Notes: a model not told the origin generated them from the letters alone. 23,592 nt of DNA, filler included, from an uncultured virus (IMG/VR IMGVR_UViG_2049941000_000736) (15 parts of one record of this genome joined end to end with filler, not necessarily neighbours in it); one strand, 5' to 3'; numbered from the whole stretch's first letter, positions 1 to 8,681 are shown. Numbers and translations: made by a program.

Positions 1-20
1 GTCTCGCGAATCTGGGAAAC

Positions 21-169
21 ATGACAGCAGAAAACAGAGAACAGATAGGAAAGGCATGGAGAGCACATGACGGTAGTATCAGATACTACGTCAACGATTG
101 GCAGGACATGATCGGATTAGAGGTCAATCACTACAATACAGGCAACGTCAGCAGCGTATTTTTCAACGA
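21..169 (+). CDS. Hypothetical early protein, 5' fragment (allele of 17292-17606)
   Basis: MTAENREQIGKAWRAHDGSIRYYVNDWQDMIGLEVNHYNTGNVSSVFFN is nearly identical to the protein starting at 17292. Confidence 0.7.
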
Positions 170-179
170 NNNNNNNNNN

Positions 180-300
180 CAAACCGCGTGCGGGAACCGA
201 CATACCGTCGATTATTATCTATGGAAACGAACCCGTTTTTTTCCAACAGAAATCTCACATGCCGCGAGTTGATCTGCTCTAAATTTTGCTGTGCCTGTTT
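180..300 (-). repeat. Second allele fragment of 5170-5290 (gene 5149-5604)
   Basis: Near-identical nucleotide match with a few substitutions. Confidence 0.9.
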
Positions 301-310
301 NNNNNNNNNN

Positions 311-413
311 TCTGACCTCAAACGTGCAGTGACAGTCAGGACAGTAGAAATACACGCTGTCGCTCATGGTCGCACCCCATACACCGCGGATGAGTTTACA
401 AAACTGTTTTCAN
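311..413 (-). repeat. Second allele fragment of about 23171-23273 (small ORF end and Zn-ribbon gene start)
   Basis: Near-identical nucleotide match. Confidence 0.9.
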
Positions 414-422
414 NNNNNNNNN

Positions 423-654
423 CGGTGCGTTCAATCTCGATGCAACACGTCCGTGAATCGTCGCCGAACGTGCCGCCCGCCGTGATGCAAATGTTTGTTC
501 GATATGGGGGATAGTATCCAACACGGTTTTTGTATTGTTCCCCCGAGTCAATGTCCTTAAAATCGTCTAACCTGTTCGCGAGTATGCAGTAATCGATGTG
601 CCTGTAAACCCATTCGCGCTGCACCGGCGTCAGCAGCAGAAAATCATAGATCAC
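423..654 (-). CDS. Hypothetical protein of the DF..HID paralogue family, 3' truncated
   Basis: GTG start with GAGG upstream and a GTGA overlap with an upstream ORF ending NMFSMLSPFRRLRQ*; DFLLLTPVQREWVYRHIDYCI resembles 21527-21854. Confidence 0.6.
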
Positions 655-708
655 TGCCTCAACCGGCGGAACGGGGACAGCATCGAAAACATGTTCATCG
701 TATCCCAG

Positions 709-808
709 NNNNNNNNNNNNNNNNNNNNNNNNNNNNNNNNNNNNNNNNNNNNTTAATTAATTAANNNNNNNNNNNNNNNNNNNNNNNNNNNNNNNNNNNN
801 NNNNNNNN
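709..808. other. Artificial scaffold linker (44 N + TTAATTAATTAA + 44 N); the 12-mer recurs at 1839, 3297, 4448, 5955, 6600, 7550, 9911, 11764, 14899, 17941, 19628, 21471, 22675
   Basis: Identical six-frame-stop 12-mer flanked by N runs 14 times. Confidence 0.98.
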
Positions 809-1109
809 GTTCTCCCTTGAGGGCGTCGATCTCGTCATAAAAACATTTGATGCGCCCGTTCAGTGATTCGTTCTCGAGTTTCAGGGATTTGTTCTCAAAA
901 TACAGCCCCATCATATACCACTCATCGTGAGTGTAAATTTTGCCGTTCGTAAGGATCTTAACCCTCTGATTGAGTTCTGCGACCTCCGCCGATAACGAGC
1001 GGTTTTCAATCCTCAGCGTGTTTCGGATGTTTTCGAGGTTGTTGATTTTGCTTTCGAGCGTGTCGATCATTTGTCCGGCGCGTTCCTCGATGTCGTCGTA
1101 TTCCATCAA
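809..1109 (-). CDS. Coiled-coil hypothetical protein, 3' truncated
   Basis: Heptad-rich LESKINNLENIRNTLRIENRSLSAEVAEL; start overlaps the upstream stop. Confidence 0.7.
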
Positions 1110-1387
1110 TATCCTCTCTCATACACTTTTTTGAGCATTTTTAGCATGATTTTGCGAAGCTCTTTCATTTCCTCCGGCATGACCACGACCTCTACCGAGC
1201 AGTCGGGCATATTTCTGCTATTTGGATGCTGTTTCATCCACCATTGCTCCGCCTCTCCCGAGCAGTCCGTCAATCTTAGGAACACGCAGTCCTCATGTTC
1301 CCATTCGTTGATGTGTTTCGAGATGTAATTGAGCGTGCGGTGGTTCTCGTCGTGAACCTCGGCGTTGAAATCCTCCTGTCCGAACAT
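1106..1387 (-). CDS. Hypothetical protein (93 aa, MFGQEDF...)
   Basis: GGAGG SD and TGATG overlap at 1385-1389 place the start at 1387 rather than 1531. Confidence 0.7.
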   Translation of the reverse strand: MFGQEDFNAEVHDENHRTLNYISKHINEWEHEDCVFLRLTDCSGEAEQWWMKQHPNSRNMPDCSVEVVVMPEEMKELRKIMLKMLKKVYERGY

Positions 1388-1695
1388 CACACATTCCTCC
1401 TGATCCATCGTTCCGGCATTCTGTAGTAGTGCGTCGGGTTCCTCGGCGATCTCCTCTCGGAAACAGCGCCGTGCGATTTGAGCACAACGACGATGCGGCT
1501 CCTCGTGCGGCAGTCCGTGCGCCATCCGCAATACCTCGCGACCGTGCGCACAAAGAACGTCTGCGAGCCGTCCCTGATGATATGCACAACCGCGTTCATC
1601 ACCGCACTGTCGAACTCCTCGGCATCGTCGGGAGCGTGTGTGAACGTGCGCGGTTCGGGTCCGCCCATGTAGTGATCCGGTTCATGAAACATCAT
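1387..1695 (-). CDS. Putative winged-helix DNA-binding protein
   Basis: AGGTGA SD, coupled to neighbours; helix-helix-helix-wing pattern (FFVRTVARYCG...SRIVVVLKSHGAV) shared with 5149-5604. Confidence 0.55.
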   Translation of the reverse strand: MMFHEPDHYMGGPEPRTFTHAPDDAEEFDSAVMNAVVHIIRDGSQTFFVRTVARYCGWRTDCRTRSRIVVVLKSHGAVSERRSPRNPTHYYRMPERWIRRNV

Positions 1696-1894
1696 TTTAC
1701 ACTCACCTGTTCCTGTTCGTAGCGTTTGAGTTCGCAGGCGGGAATTTTGACGATGCGGAGATCGTCCCTCTCTTTGAGCTGCGGGTGATGTCTGNNNNNN
1801 NNNNNNNNNNNNNNNNNNNNNNNNNNNNNNNNNNNNNNTTAATTAATTAANNNNNNNNNNNNNNNNNNNNNNNNNNNNNNNNNNNNNNNNNNNN

Positions 1895-2357
1895 CGGAGT
1901 TGTATACTGAAACATATGCGGTTCCCTGATAATACTCGATTCCATCACAGTATTTATAGACGTTGCCCCACGGATTGATCATCCATAATGCCATAACCCC
2001 TGTGTTTGAATCCACAGTGTCGCCCTGGAACGCTCCGCCGGTTAACCACCCCGTCGTCGAGTCGTTGACGTTGCCGACGGCAATTGCCGCAGATGTGCCT
2101 ACATTGCCATTTCCGACGGTCTGCTGTGTATCTGTTCTGCCGAGAACAAATGTGAGCAACGTCAGATAGAGCATCCATCCCGAAATGAGCATCGGGTTGT
2201 ATGTGCCGCCCTTTGCGCGTGCCTGTGTTCGGAATACTGAGAGTTTCTGACTGACTGTTGGTGTCGCCGATGCCGAATACACAGATGCACACGTTGACCC
2301 CGTAGCCTCAAACATACCGAGCCATATGTTGCTGGCGATACGTGATCCGTATCTATG
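1895..2357 (-). CDS. Receptor-binding protein fragment with C-type-lectin/FGE-like (Mtd-like) domain, allele B
   Basis: WLGMFEA and MINPWGNVYKYCDG resemble the (G)IENxWGNxWExxDG motif of DGR-target tail adhesins. Confidence 0.7.
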
Positions 2358-2367
2358 NNNNNNNNNN

Positions 2368-3250
2368 CCTCGGTTCTGAAGGCCGAGAGCTTCTTTGAAA
2401 CCGCAGGTTTCGCGGTTGATGAGTATATTGATGCACATGTGCTCCCGGTTGCCTCAAACATTCCGAGCCAGATATAGGATGCGACGCGGTCGCCGTATCT
2501 GTGTGCATATGGTGAATATCCCTCTTTCTCCGTGAATGTGAAGGAAACCTCCATCTGTGTATCGGATTTCTTGAGGTATCGCACATAGCATGTCGGAATC
2601 TCCAGACACACATCTCCGTCAATGCCCGTGAGGTCTGCCGCGGTCCCGTCAGCCTTTTTCGTGAGGTCGGTCGGGTCGAGGTAGTAGACGCGGGTTGCGT
2701 TCTTCACGACGCACGGACGCACATACCGTTCGATACGTGCCTTACGCTCGGTTTCCGTGAACATCGCAGAATATCCGCTGTAAGTAATCATCTGGCTCGG
2801 GTCGGAAACGCCCTGATTGACGATGAATGTGAACGTGTCATCCGGGATTGTTCCTCGGATAAGTGCGGATGTCTGCGATATTGCAAACGCAATCGCATTG
2901 ACGTTTTTGCCGACCTCGAGATCGGTATATCCGTCAAGAACACCGTTGATGACTACTGCGGGAGCGTCTGCATAATACACTCCGTTTGCGTTTTCCGAGT
3001 TTTCGGTTCTCCATTTGCCGTTCGGCATCATGATAACCGGGTCGCGGTTCTGAACACCCTCTTCAATGTCCGTGAACTCGACCGGAATTTGAACCGTCTG
3101 TGTTGTGTCAAACCAGCCGTGCTTCTGACCTGCGACTCCGCACAGTGCCCAGATGTTGCGCTCATCCGTGATGTTGGATGATATGACACTGGTTGCACCT
3201 GCGCCGACGTAAACCTGAGCGAGCGAGAGTTCGTATGTTTCCGAGTTCCT
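2368..3250 (-). CDS. Tail fibre/receptor-binding protein fragment, allele A (frame open beyond 3031 to the contig end)
   Basis: N-terminal YELSLAQVYVGAGATSVISSNITDER..LCG tail-attachment motif; YYLDPTDLTKKADGTAADLTGIDGDVCLEIP typical of phage adhesins. Confidence 0.8.
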
Positions 3251-3352
3251 TGNNNNNNNNNNNNNNNNNNNNNNNNNNNNNNNNNNNNNNNNNNNNTTAA
3301 TTAATTAANNNNNNNNNNNNNNNNNNNNNNNNNNNNNNNNNNNNNNNNNNNN

Positions 3353-3707
3353 GGTCGACTGTGCGCTCGCCTCGATGGCTCCGATTGACCCCTCAAACGA
3401 TCCGCTGAGATCGTCGAAAACTCCCGACCTGATGAGGTTGACCATCGCGGTTTTACTGCGTGCTCCGAACGCATCTCCCGCGGCAGTCAGTGCGTCCTGC
3501 TCGGTTGCGGCGTTCTGGATGCTGTCGATGAGCTCCTCAAATGCATCCCGCGTCGTGATGCCGGAGTTGACCAACTGTTTCAGTCCCGTGTCGAGTTCTC
3601 CAACCTCATAACCGCTCTTTTTCATCTGTCCGAGGAGATTTGCCGACTCCTCCAGACTGAATCCGAACAGAGATAATGTCGCCTGTGAACCCGTGAGTGA
3701 GTCCGTG
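3353..3707 (-). CDS. Tape measure protein fragment
   Basis: FGFSLEESANLLGQM...AFGAR tape-measure-like pattern; homologous to 10541-10926. Confidence 0.8.
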
Positions 3708-3717
3708 NNNNNNNNNN

Positions 3718-4402
3718 ACCCCGCCCGCTCTAACATCTGGTTGTATGCCGGATTTGCGGTATCGGGATAAATCAAGTGCTTTTTGAACCCGAACCGGTAA
3801 TCATTCTCGCGCATCCATGGGATTATCTCGGACTCGACGAGTTTATCAGACTCGTAAAAGAGTTCTTTTACCTCGATTGTGTGATCATCAACGAGTCTGA
3901 TTCCGACCAACGCGGTCGGGTGAGTCCAGCCCCAGTCGATGCCGAATGCGTCGAACTCATCGATTGTCGATTTGTTGATGATCTCCCAGTTCGACGGATA
4001 CACGAGTCCGGTTGTGCTGCCGGGCTCGCCGAGGCAATACACGCGGTAAAAATTTTCGTCGATGTTGATCAGGCTCTCCAGCCTCGCCCTGAACTTGTCC
4101 GAGAGGAACGGGTTGTCTTTGTGCGTGCTGTGCTGACTGACGCGTTCCGGCATCGGAGTTTTCACGAGTTCGCGGTATGCCCAGTGTTCCGCGCTGACGG
4201 GGTTGAACGCCGCGATGAGCTGAGCGTGTTTGTGCGCATCCGACCTGCCGAACCTGAGCAGGAGTTGATTGAAAATCTCCTCGTCAATCTCGGTGATTTC
4301 GTCAACAAAAATCAAATCGACATCGATTCCCTTGAGTCGTTCCGGTTCAATCAGTGGGATGAAATGCAGTTTGTTGTCAAAAAACGTGAACGTGAGTTCG
4401 GG
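3718..4402 (-). CDS. terL: Terminase large subunit (PBSX-like), internal fragment
   Basis: Walker B LIFVDE, FNP coupling motif, ST.KDNPFL, and nuclease motif GIDWGWTHP. Confidence 0.95.
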
Positions 4403-4503
4403 ANNNNNNNNNNNNNNNNNNNNNNNNNNNNNNNNNNNNNNNNNNNNTTAATTAATTAANNNNNNNNNNNNNNNNNNNNNNNNNNNNNNNNNNNNNNNNN
4501 NNN

Positions 4504-4872
4504 ACTCCTGAACTTGAACGTGAGTTTGTTGCGATACACCGACAGACCATACATGGTGTGCAGGATGTCAACGGCACTGATTATCGGCAGCTTGTTTGGA
4601 TGCTCGGCCAGAGCCGCATCGCACAGCATGTGCGCAGTCTCCAACACATGACGGTCGAGCTCGTCCAGCCGCACTGAGATTGCCCGTTTGACCATCTGCA
4701 ACTCATCACTGAGCAGTCCATACGGCAACCCGCTCCTGCGATGTGCGCGAACCTCCGCCGAGAGCAGATCCCGCAACGACAGCAGCGCAAGAATCTGCTC
4801 ATCGAGCGCCCTCACATCCTCGGGAATAACCGCATCCGGTTTCACCAGCGGCTCATATGATGCGGGAATCAT
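4504..4872 (-). CDS. Coiled-coil plus putative winged-helix protein, 3' truncated
   Basis: GGAGG SD; LDELDRHVLETAHML..PIISAVDI pattern shared with adjacent ORFs. Confidence 0.6.
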
Positions 4873-4920
4873 GCGACAACCGCCTCCCGCGGCTATCGGA
4901 TCGAACGTCGNNNNNNNNNN

Positions 4921-5152
4921 TCTCGGAAACGATCTTCTCCGCGGTCGTGAATATGCACTCGTCGAGCGCCTGAAAACATTCGGTCAGCTCGGCGTTAGCC
5001 TGCCGCACAACCGCATCACCGCTGATGACTCCGCGACCGAACGATCCCTGCGTGATGACGATTTCACGACTGCGGGATCTGATGAGGGTCCGCAATCTGT
5101 CGATACGTTCGACGAGCTGAACGAACTCCGCCCCTGACAGTTCCGGCATCAC
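4921..5152 (-). CDS. Coiled-coil paralogue, 3' truncated
   Basis: Start overlaps the upstream stop; FQALDECIFTTAEKIV pattern. Confidence 0.6.
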
Positions 5153-5604
5153 TGATCACCCCGATACACAAACCGCGTGCGGGAACCGACATACCGGCGA
5201 TTATTATCTATGGAAACGAATCCGTTTTTTTCCAACAGGAATCTCACATGCCGCGAGTTGATCTGCTCTAAATTTTGCTGTGCCTGTTTTCCTATCGCAT
5301 GATATTCACAACCGCAAACCTCCCTCTGAACGTCGCGGACGTTGATGGGTTTCTGCAACCCTCTGTCGATTAGGCGTCTGGCCGCAATCACGATGGCTTC
5401 ATCAATCAGCGTGAGTCGTTCCGCGATCTGGCTGTTGATCTCCTTCAGGATTTCATCCTCGTAGATACTTACATCACGCCTGCGGATGATCTCACGCCGA
5501 CGGAGTTTCGCACGCTGTCGCAGATCGTATAGTTCCTCTAAAATTTTTGGAGTGTCGAGGTTCGAACCCACGACAATCCCCTCCTGTGCGTTCATGGCCA
5601 ACAC
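5149..5604 (-). CDS. Coiled-coil plus putative winged-helix protein
   Basis: Complete 151-aa ORF, GAGGTG near the start; a second allele is present at 180-300. Confidence 0.7.
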   Translation of the reverse strand: MLAMNAQEGIVVGSNLDTPKILEELYDLRQRAKLRRREIIRRRDVSIYEDEILKEINSQIAERLTLIDEAIVIAARRLIDRGLQKPINVRDVQREVCGCEYHAIGKQAQQNLEQINSRHVRFLLEKNGFVSIDNNRRYVGSRTRFVYRGDQ

Positions 5605-5607
5605 CTC

Positions 5608-5910
5608 TCACTGCGTGCCGCCGTTACTCTCGAGATCTTCTGTCGCTCTGTTGCCCTGTTTGCCGCCGCGGATGAACTCATCCCAGAGTTTATCGACGCA
5701 TTCCTGACAGATCGGAATCTCCAGATTATGATTAAACACGGCACGGAAATTCTCGATGTAGTTGTAGAGTTTCTCGCCCGCGAGTGCCGGTTTGCCGCAG
5801 TGTTTGCACACGCCGGATGTCGTCGATGACGGAGCGCCGCCGTTGTGTTCCTGCCACAGCTTGTTTGCGCAATCCTCGCAAATCGGCGTCGGGAGATCCA
5901 TGTTCAGGCT
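5608..5910 (-). CDS. bet: C-terminal Zn-finger region of the Bet recombinase (continues 20708-21389)
   Basis: 5901-5910 TGTTCAGGCT equals 20708-20717, giving the in-frame join FKNSLN-MDLPTPICEDC; CxxCGKPAL is repeated. Confidence 0.8.
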   Translation of the reverse strand, partial: SLNMDLPTPICEDCANKLWQEHNGGAPSSTTSGVCKHCGKPALAGEKLYNYIENFRAVFNHNLEIPICQECVDKLWDEFIRGGKQGNRATEDLESNGGTQ

Positions 5911-6010
5911 NNNNNNNNNNNNNNNNNNNNNNNNNNNNNNNNNNNNNNNNNNNNTTAATTAATTAANNNNNNNNNNNNNNNNNNNNNNNNNNNNNNNNNN
6001 NNNNNNNNNN

Positions 6011-6250
6011 ATAATCGTATGCGTCCGCCTCGGATGAGAATCCGTCCGAGCACCAATAGCGCTCGATAAATTCCGTCCATGTCATGGGTTCGACGCTCTG
6101 AATCTCAAACCTGTATGTTTTTCCTCTGTATTCAACGGAGAAAACATCGCCCGGGTTTCCGTGCTGGCTCCTGCGCCACGTTCTGATTTTCCATCCGCAA
6201 CAAATCTGCGGGATGAATCTGCTCTCAAATTCCAATTCAATTTCACTCAT
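6011..6250 (-). CDS. ASCH-domain protein, 3' truncated
   Basis: LEFESRFIPQICCGWKIRTWRR..GNPGDVF...DGFSS matches the ASCH GxKxxTxR and (E/D)GF motifs. Confidence 0.8.
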
Positions 6251-6554
6251 CTTCCAATCTCCTAAATTTGTATATCCACCCGTTAATTTTCTCGAAGTTC
6301 GGCGCGGATGTTTCGCCGAGTTCGTCCGCGTATGTCGCCGCGTAATAGCGGCACGCATCGTCGAGAGTGTTAAATCCCGCATCCAGCCAAAACATTGAGA
6401 TGAATGTTTTGAGGTTGATTCTCTCAATGTCTGTGATTGTGAATTTCGCTGGCGGATTGACGCGGAAATCGAGACCCTGCCGGATGACAAACACCGACCC
6501 TGTTTCGCCCTGCCTGTTCCTGCGGAACGTCACGTGCATTTCGTTGTAAATGAG
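6243..6554 (-). CDS. Divergent ASCH-like protein, 5' truncated
   Basis: HVTFRR..GETGSVF...WLDAGFNTLDDACRYY...GWIYKFRR. Confidence 0.65.
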   Translation of the reverse strand, partial: LIYNEMHVTFRRNRQGETGSVFVIRQGLDFRVNPPAKFTITDIERINLKTFISMFWLDAGFNTLDDACRYYAATYADELGETSAPNFEKINGWIYKFRRLEDE

Positions 6555-6655
6555 TNNNNNNNNNNNNNNNNNNNNNNNNNNNNNNNNNNNNNNNNNNNNT
6601 TAATTAATTAANNNNNNNNNNNNNNNNNNNNNNNNNNNNNNNNNNNNNNNNNNNN

Positions 6656-6717
6656 CCGCCGTTGAGCTTGTTGTAAACCTTCTCGGCATAGAGGAGCCCG
6701 AGTGCCGTTACTGCCAT
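6656..6717 (-). CDS. Small protein start (MAVTALGLLYAEKVYNKLNG), possibly XkdX/CD1375-like
   Basis: GGAGGTGA SD and TGATG overlap with the upstream stop. Confidence 0.5.
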
Positions 6718-7028
6718 CAGTCATCACCTCCGTTTGGCGGGTCGAGTCTGTCGAGTCTGTCGAGAGCTTCACACAGTCCGGCATCGAGGTCAAGAATCAT
6801 CTCGTCACGCTCGGCGATGATTTCGTCAGTCTCTGTTTTGAACTTGTGCGTGTACTCCGCATATGTCATTCTCTCATCAATGATAAACGACCACTGGATC
6901 GTAGTGTTGCCGTCAGGGTCGATTATCTCCTCCTCGCGAACGTCGGTGACGTGATACACGAGGTCCGGCTCAAAAATGAGTCCGCTTTCGTCGGGTTCAA
7001 TTCCCGAGTATGTTCTCTGCTGCGTCAT
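6717..7028 (-). CDS. Small acidic tail-fibre-associated protein of the type that follows RT genes in phage DGR cassettes
   Basis: Complete 103-aa ORF, ATGA overlap; S..EP....VY...V.E....W.F....EY followed by a coiled coil. Confidence 0.6.
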   Translation of the reverse strand: MTQQRTYSGIEPDESGLIFEPDLVYHVTDVREEEIIDPDGNTTIQWSFIIDERMTYAEYTHKFKTETDEIIAERDEMILDLDAGLCEALDRLDRLDPPNGGDD

Positions 7029-7153
7029 TGTTTTGCCTCTGTTGTAGTTTGTTTTGTTTTCAGGTGCATTAATACCGGCGCGAAATATCGTTCAAACAGA
7101 TCTGTTCTCGTGCGTTTTGTGCAGTGCATTATCCAGCCGAGATACGACATGAG
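7025..7153 (-). CDS. Probable reverse transcriptase C-terminus (DGR type)
   Basis: LMSYLGWIMHCTKRTRTDLFERYFAPV matches the SYxGWxxH(C/A) thumb signature at the end of DGR RTs; only 42 aa visible. Confidence 0.65.
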   Translation of the reverse strand, partial: LMSYLGWIMHCTKRTRTDLFERYFAPVLMHLKTKQTTTEAKQ

Positions 7154-7164
7154 ANNNNNNNNNN

Positions 7165-7504
7165 GTGATGCATCCTCACCGCTGCCGCCGACGTATGCGA
7201 GGGTTTTTGTGTCAATCTGCGATGACTGATAGTCAATCGTTTTCAGGTTGTTAAGCTCAAGCTTGAAGATTATGGGATTTACCGACTGCTCGGAGTGGTC
7301 GGTGCCGGAAATAACATCAAATACGAACGTTGCCGAATCGCGGTCGAAATCCACCTCCCACCCGAGACCGGACGCGTTACATATCGTTTCGAGAATCTCG
7401 GCGATAGTCTCATACCGTGCCGAGTATGTGCACGTCACGCCCCGTTCTCCGTCGGTGTCAGAGAGTGCGAGCTGAGGGATCACCCTCGCCGATGCCACAT
7501 CTCC
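7165..7504 (-). CDS. ReqiPepy6 Gp37-like tail tip protein fragment
   Basis: IC.ASGLGW...FVFDV..G.D.S...IIF...NNL...AYVGGSGE. Confidence 0.85.
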
Positions 7505-7605
7505 TNNNNNNNNNNNNNNNNNNNNNNNNNNNNNNNNNNNNNNNNNNNNTTAATTAATTAANNNNNNNNNNNNNNNNNNNNNNNNNNNNNNNNNNNNNNN
7601 NNNNN

Positions 7606-7893
7606 GATCTCCGTGTAGATTTGGTTTCCGGCGGTGATGTTCATTTTACCGTCAATCGTTGACAGTATCGTATCGATGAGGGTGTCCGCCGCCGTTTTGC
7701 TGGCGTTGTGAATGAGGATCTGAAACGACGGTTTGTCATCGATTGCCGGTGCCGTTCCGTGCGTGTAGTCCGGCGGCATTCCGCCGGTCTCGAATACTGC
7801 GACCGCGTCCGTGACGTTCAGCGGCATGTTGTTTACGGATGCCGTGATGCTCGCGGATGCGAGAAGTGCTCTGATGTCATATGCGACGCTCAT
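7606..7893 (-). CDS. Tail terminator / minor capsid family protein (C-terminus probably at 12657-12707)
   Basis: AVFETGGMPP...PSFQILI motif; GGAGGG SD and ATGA overlap. Confidence 0.75.
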
Positions 7894-8081
7894 TTGTTCC
7901 CCTCCAGCAGCGGGCACCGTTTCGGAACGCCGCACTGCGAGCAGTCGGGGTCGGTGCATACGGTCTCGTCGTAACATTGGAGCTCCCCAAAATTGCGCGG
8001 AAAGTCGATGGAATCGAATTTCAGACAGTGCCCGTCCCACTCGTCGCGGAACTCACACTCACACGGTTTCGGGATCGTCAT
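7890..8081 (-). CDS. Small Cys-rich protein (63 aa, 8 Cys)
   Basis: GAGGAG SD and ATGA overlaps at both ends. Confidence 0.7.
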   Translation of the reverse strand: MTIPKPCECEFRDEWDGHCLKFDSIDFPRNFGELQCYDETVCTDPDCSQCGVPKRCPLLEGNK

Positions 8082-8681
8082 TTGTTCAGCTCCTCGCGGA
8101 TTNNNNNNNNNNNNNNNNNNNNNNNNNNNNNNNNNNNNNNNNNNNNNNNNNNNNNNNNNNNNNNNNNNNNNNNNNNNNNNNNNNNNNNNNNNNNNNNNNN
8201 NNNNNNNNNNNNNNNNNNNNNNNNNNNNNNNNNNNNNNNNNNNNNNNNNNNNNNNNNNNNNNNNNNNNNNNNNNNNNNNNNNNNNNNNNNNNNNNNNNNN
8301 NNNNNNNNNNNNNNNNNNNNNNNNNNNNNNNNNNNNNNNNNNNNNNNNNNNNNNNNNNNNNNNNNNNNNNNNNNNNNNNNNNNNNNNNNNNNNNNNNNNN
8401 NNNNNNNNNNNNNNNNNNNNNNNNNNNNNNNNNNNNNNNNNNNNNNNNNNNNNNNNNNNNNNNNNNNNNNNNNNNNNNNNNNNNNNNNNNNNNNNNNNNN
8501 NNNNNNNNNNNNNNNNNNNNNNNNNNNNNNNNNNNNNNNNNNNNNNNNNNNNNNNNNNNNNNNNNNNNNNNNNNNNNNNNNNNNNNNNNNNNNNNNNNNN
8601 NNNNNNNNNNNNNNNNNNNNNNNNNNNNNNNNNNNNNNNNNNNNNNNNNNNNNNNNNNNNNNNNNNNNNNNNNNNNNNNNN

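Noticed and set aside
753..764. Recurrent TTAATTAATTAA as a biological repeat or CRISPR
   Set aside because: Always flanked by N runs and has stops in all six frames; it is an assembly linker
2223..2503. Adjacent similar adhesin segments as a DGR TR/VR pair
   Set aside because: Differences involve all four bases, are largely synonymous and lie mid-protein; both copies are coding and separated by a gap
3305..4315. Terminase-tape measure fusion protein in the ORF track
   Set aside because: Chance in-frame join across a 10-N gap; the same applies to 7025-7498, 9231-9830, 10477-10926 and 12657-12992
4880..4910. 23-bp exact match (4888-4910) to the ParB-methylase gene (18996-19018) as an att or recombination site
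   Set aside because: It sits at a contig end next to a CCGCCTCC microhomology; most simply a chimeric read or mis-extension
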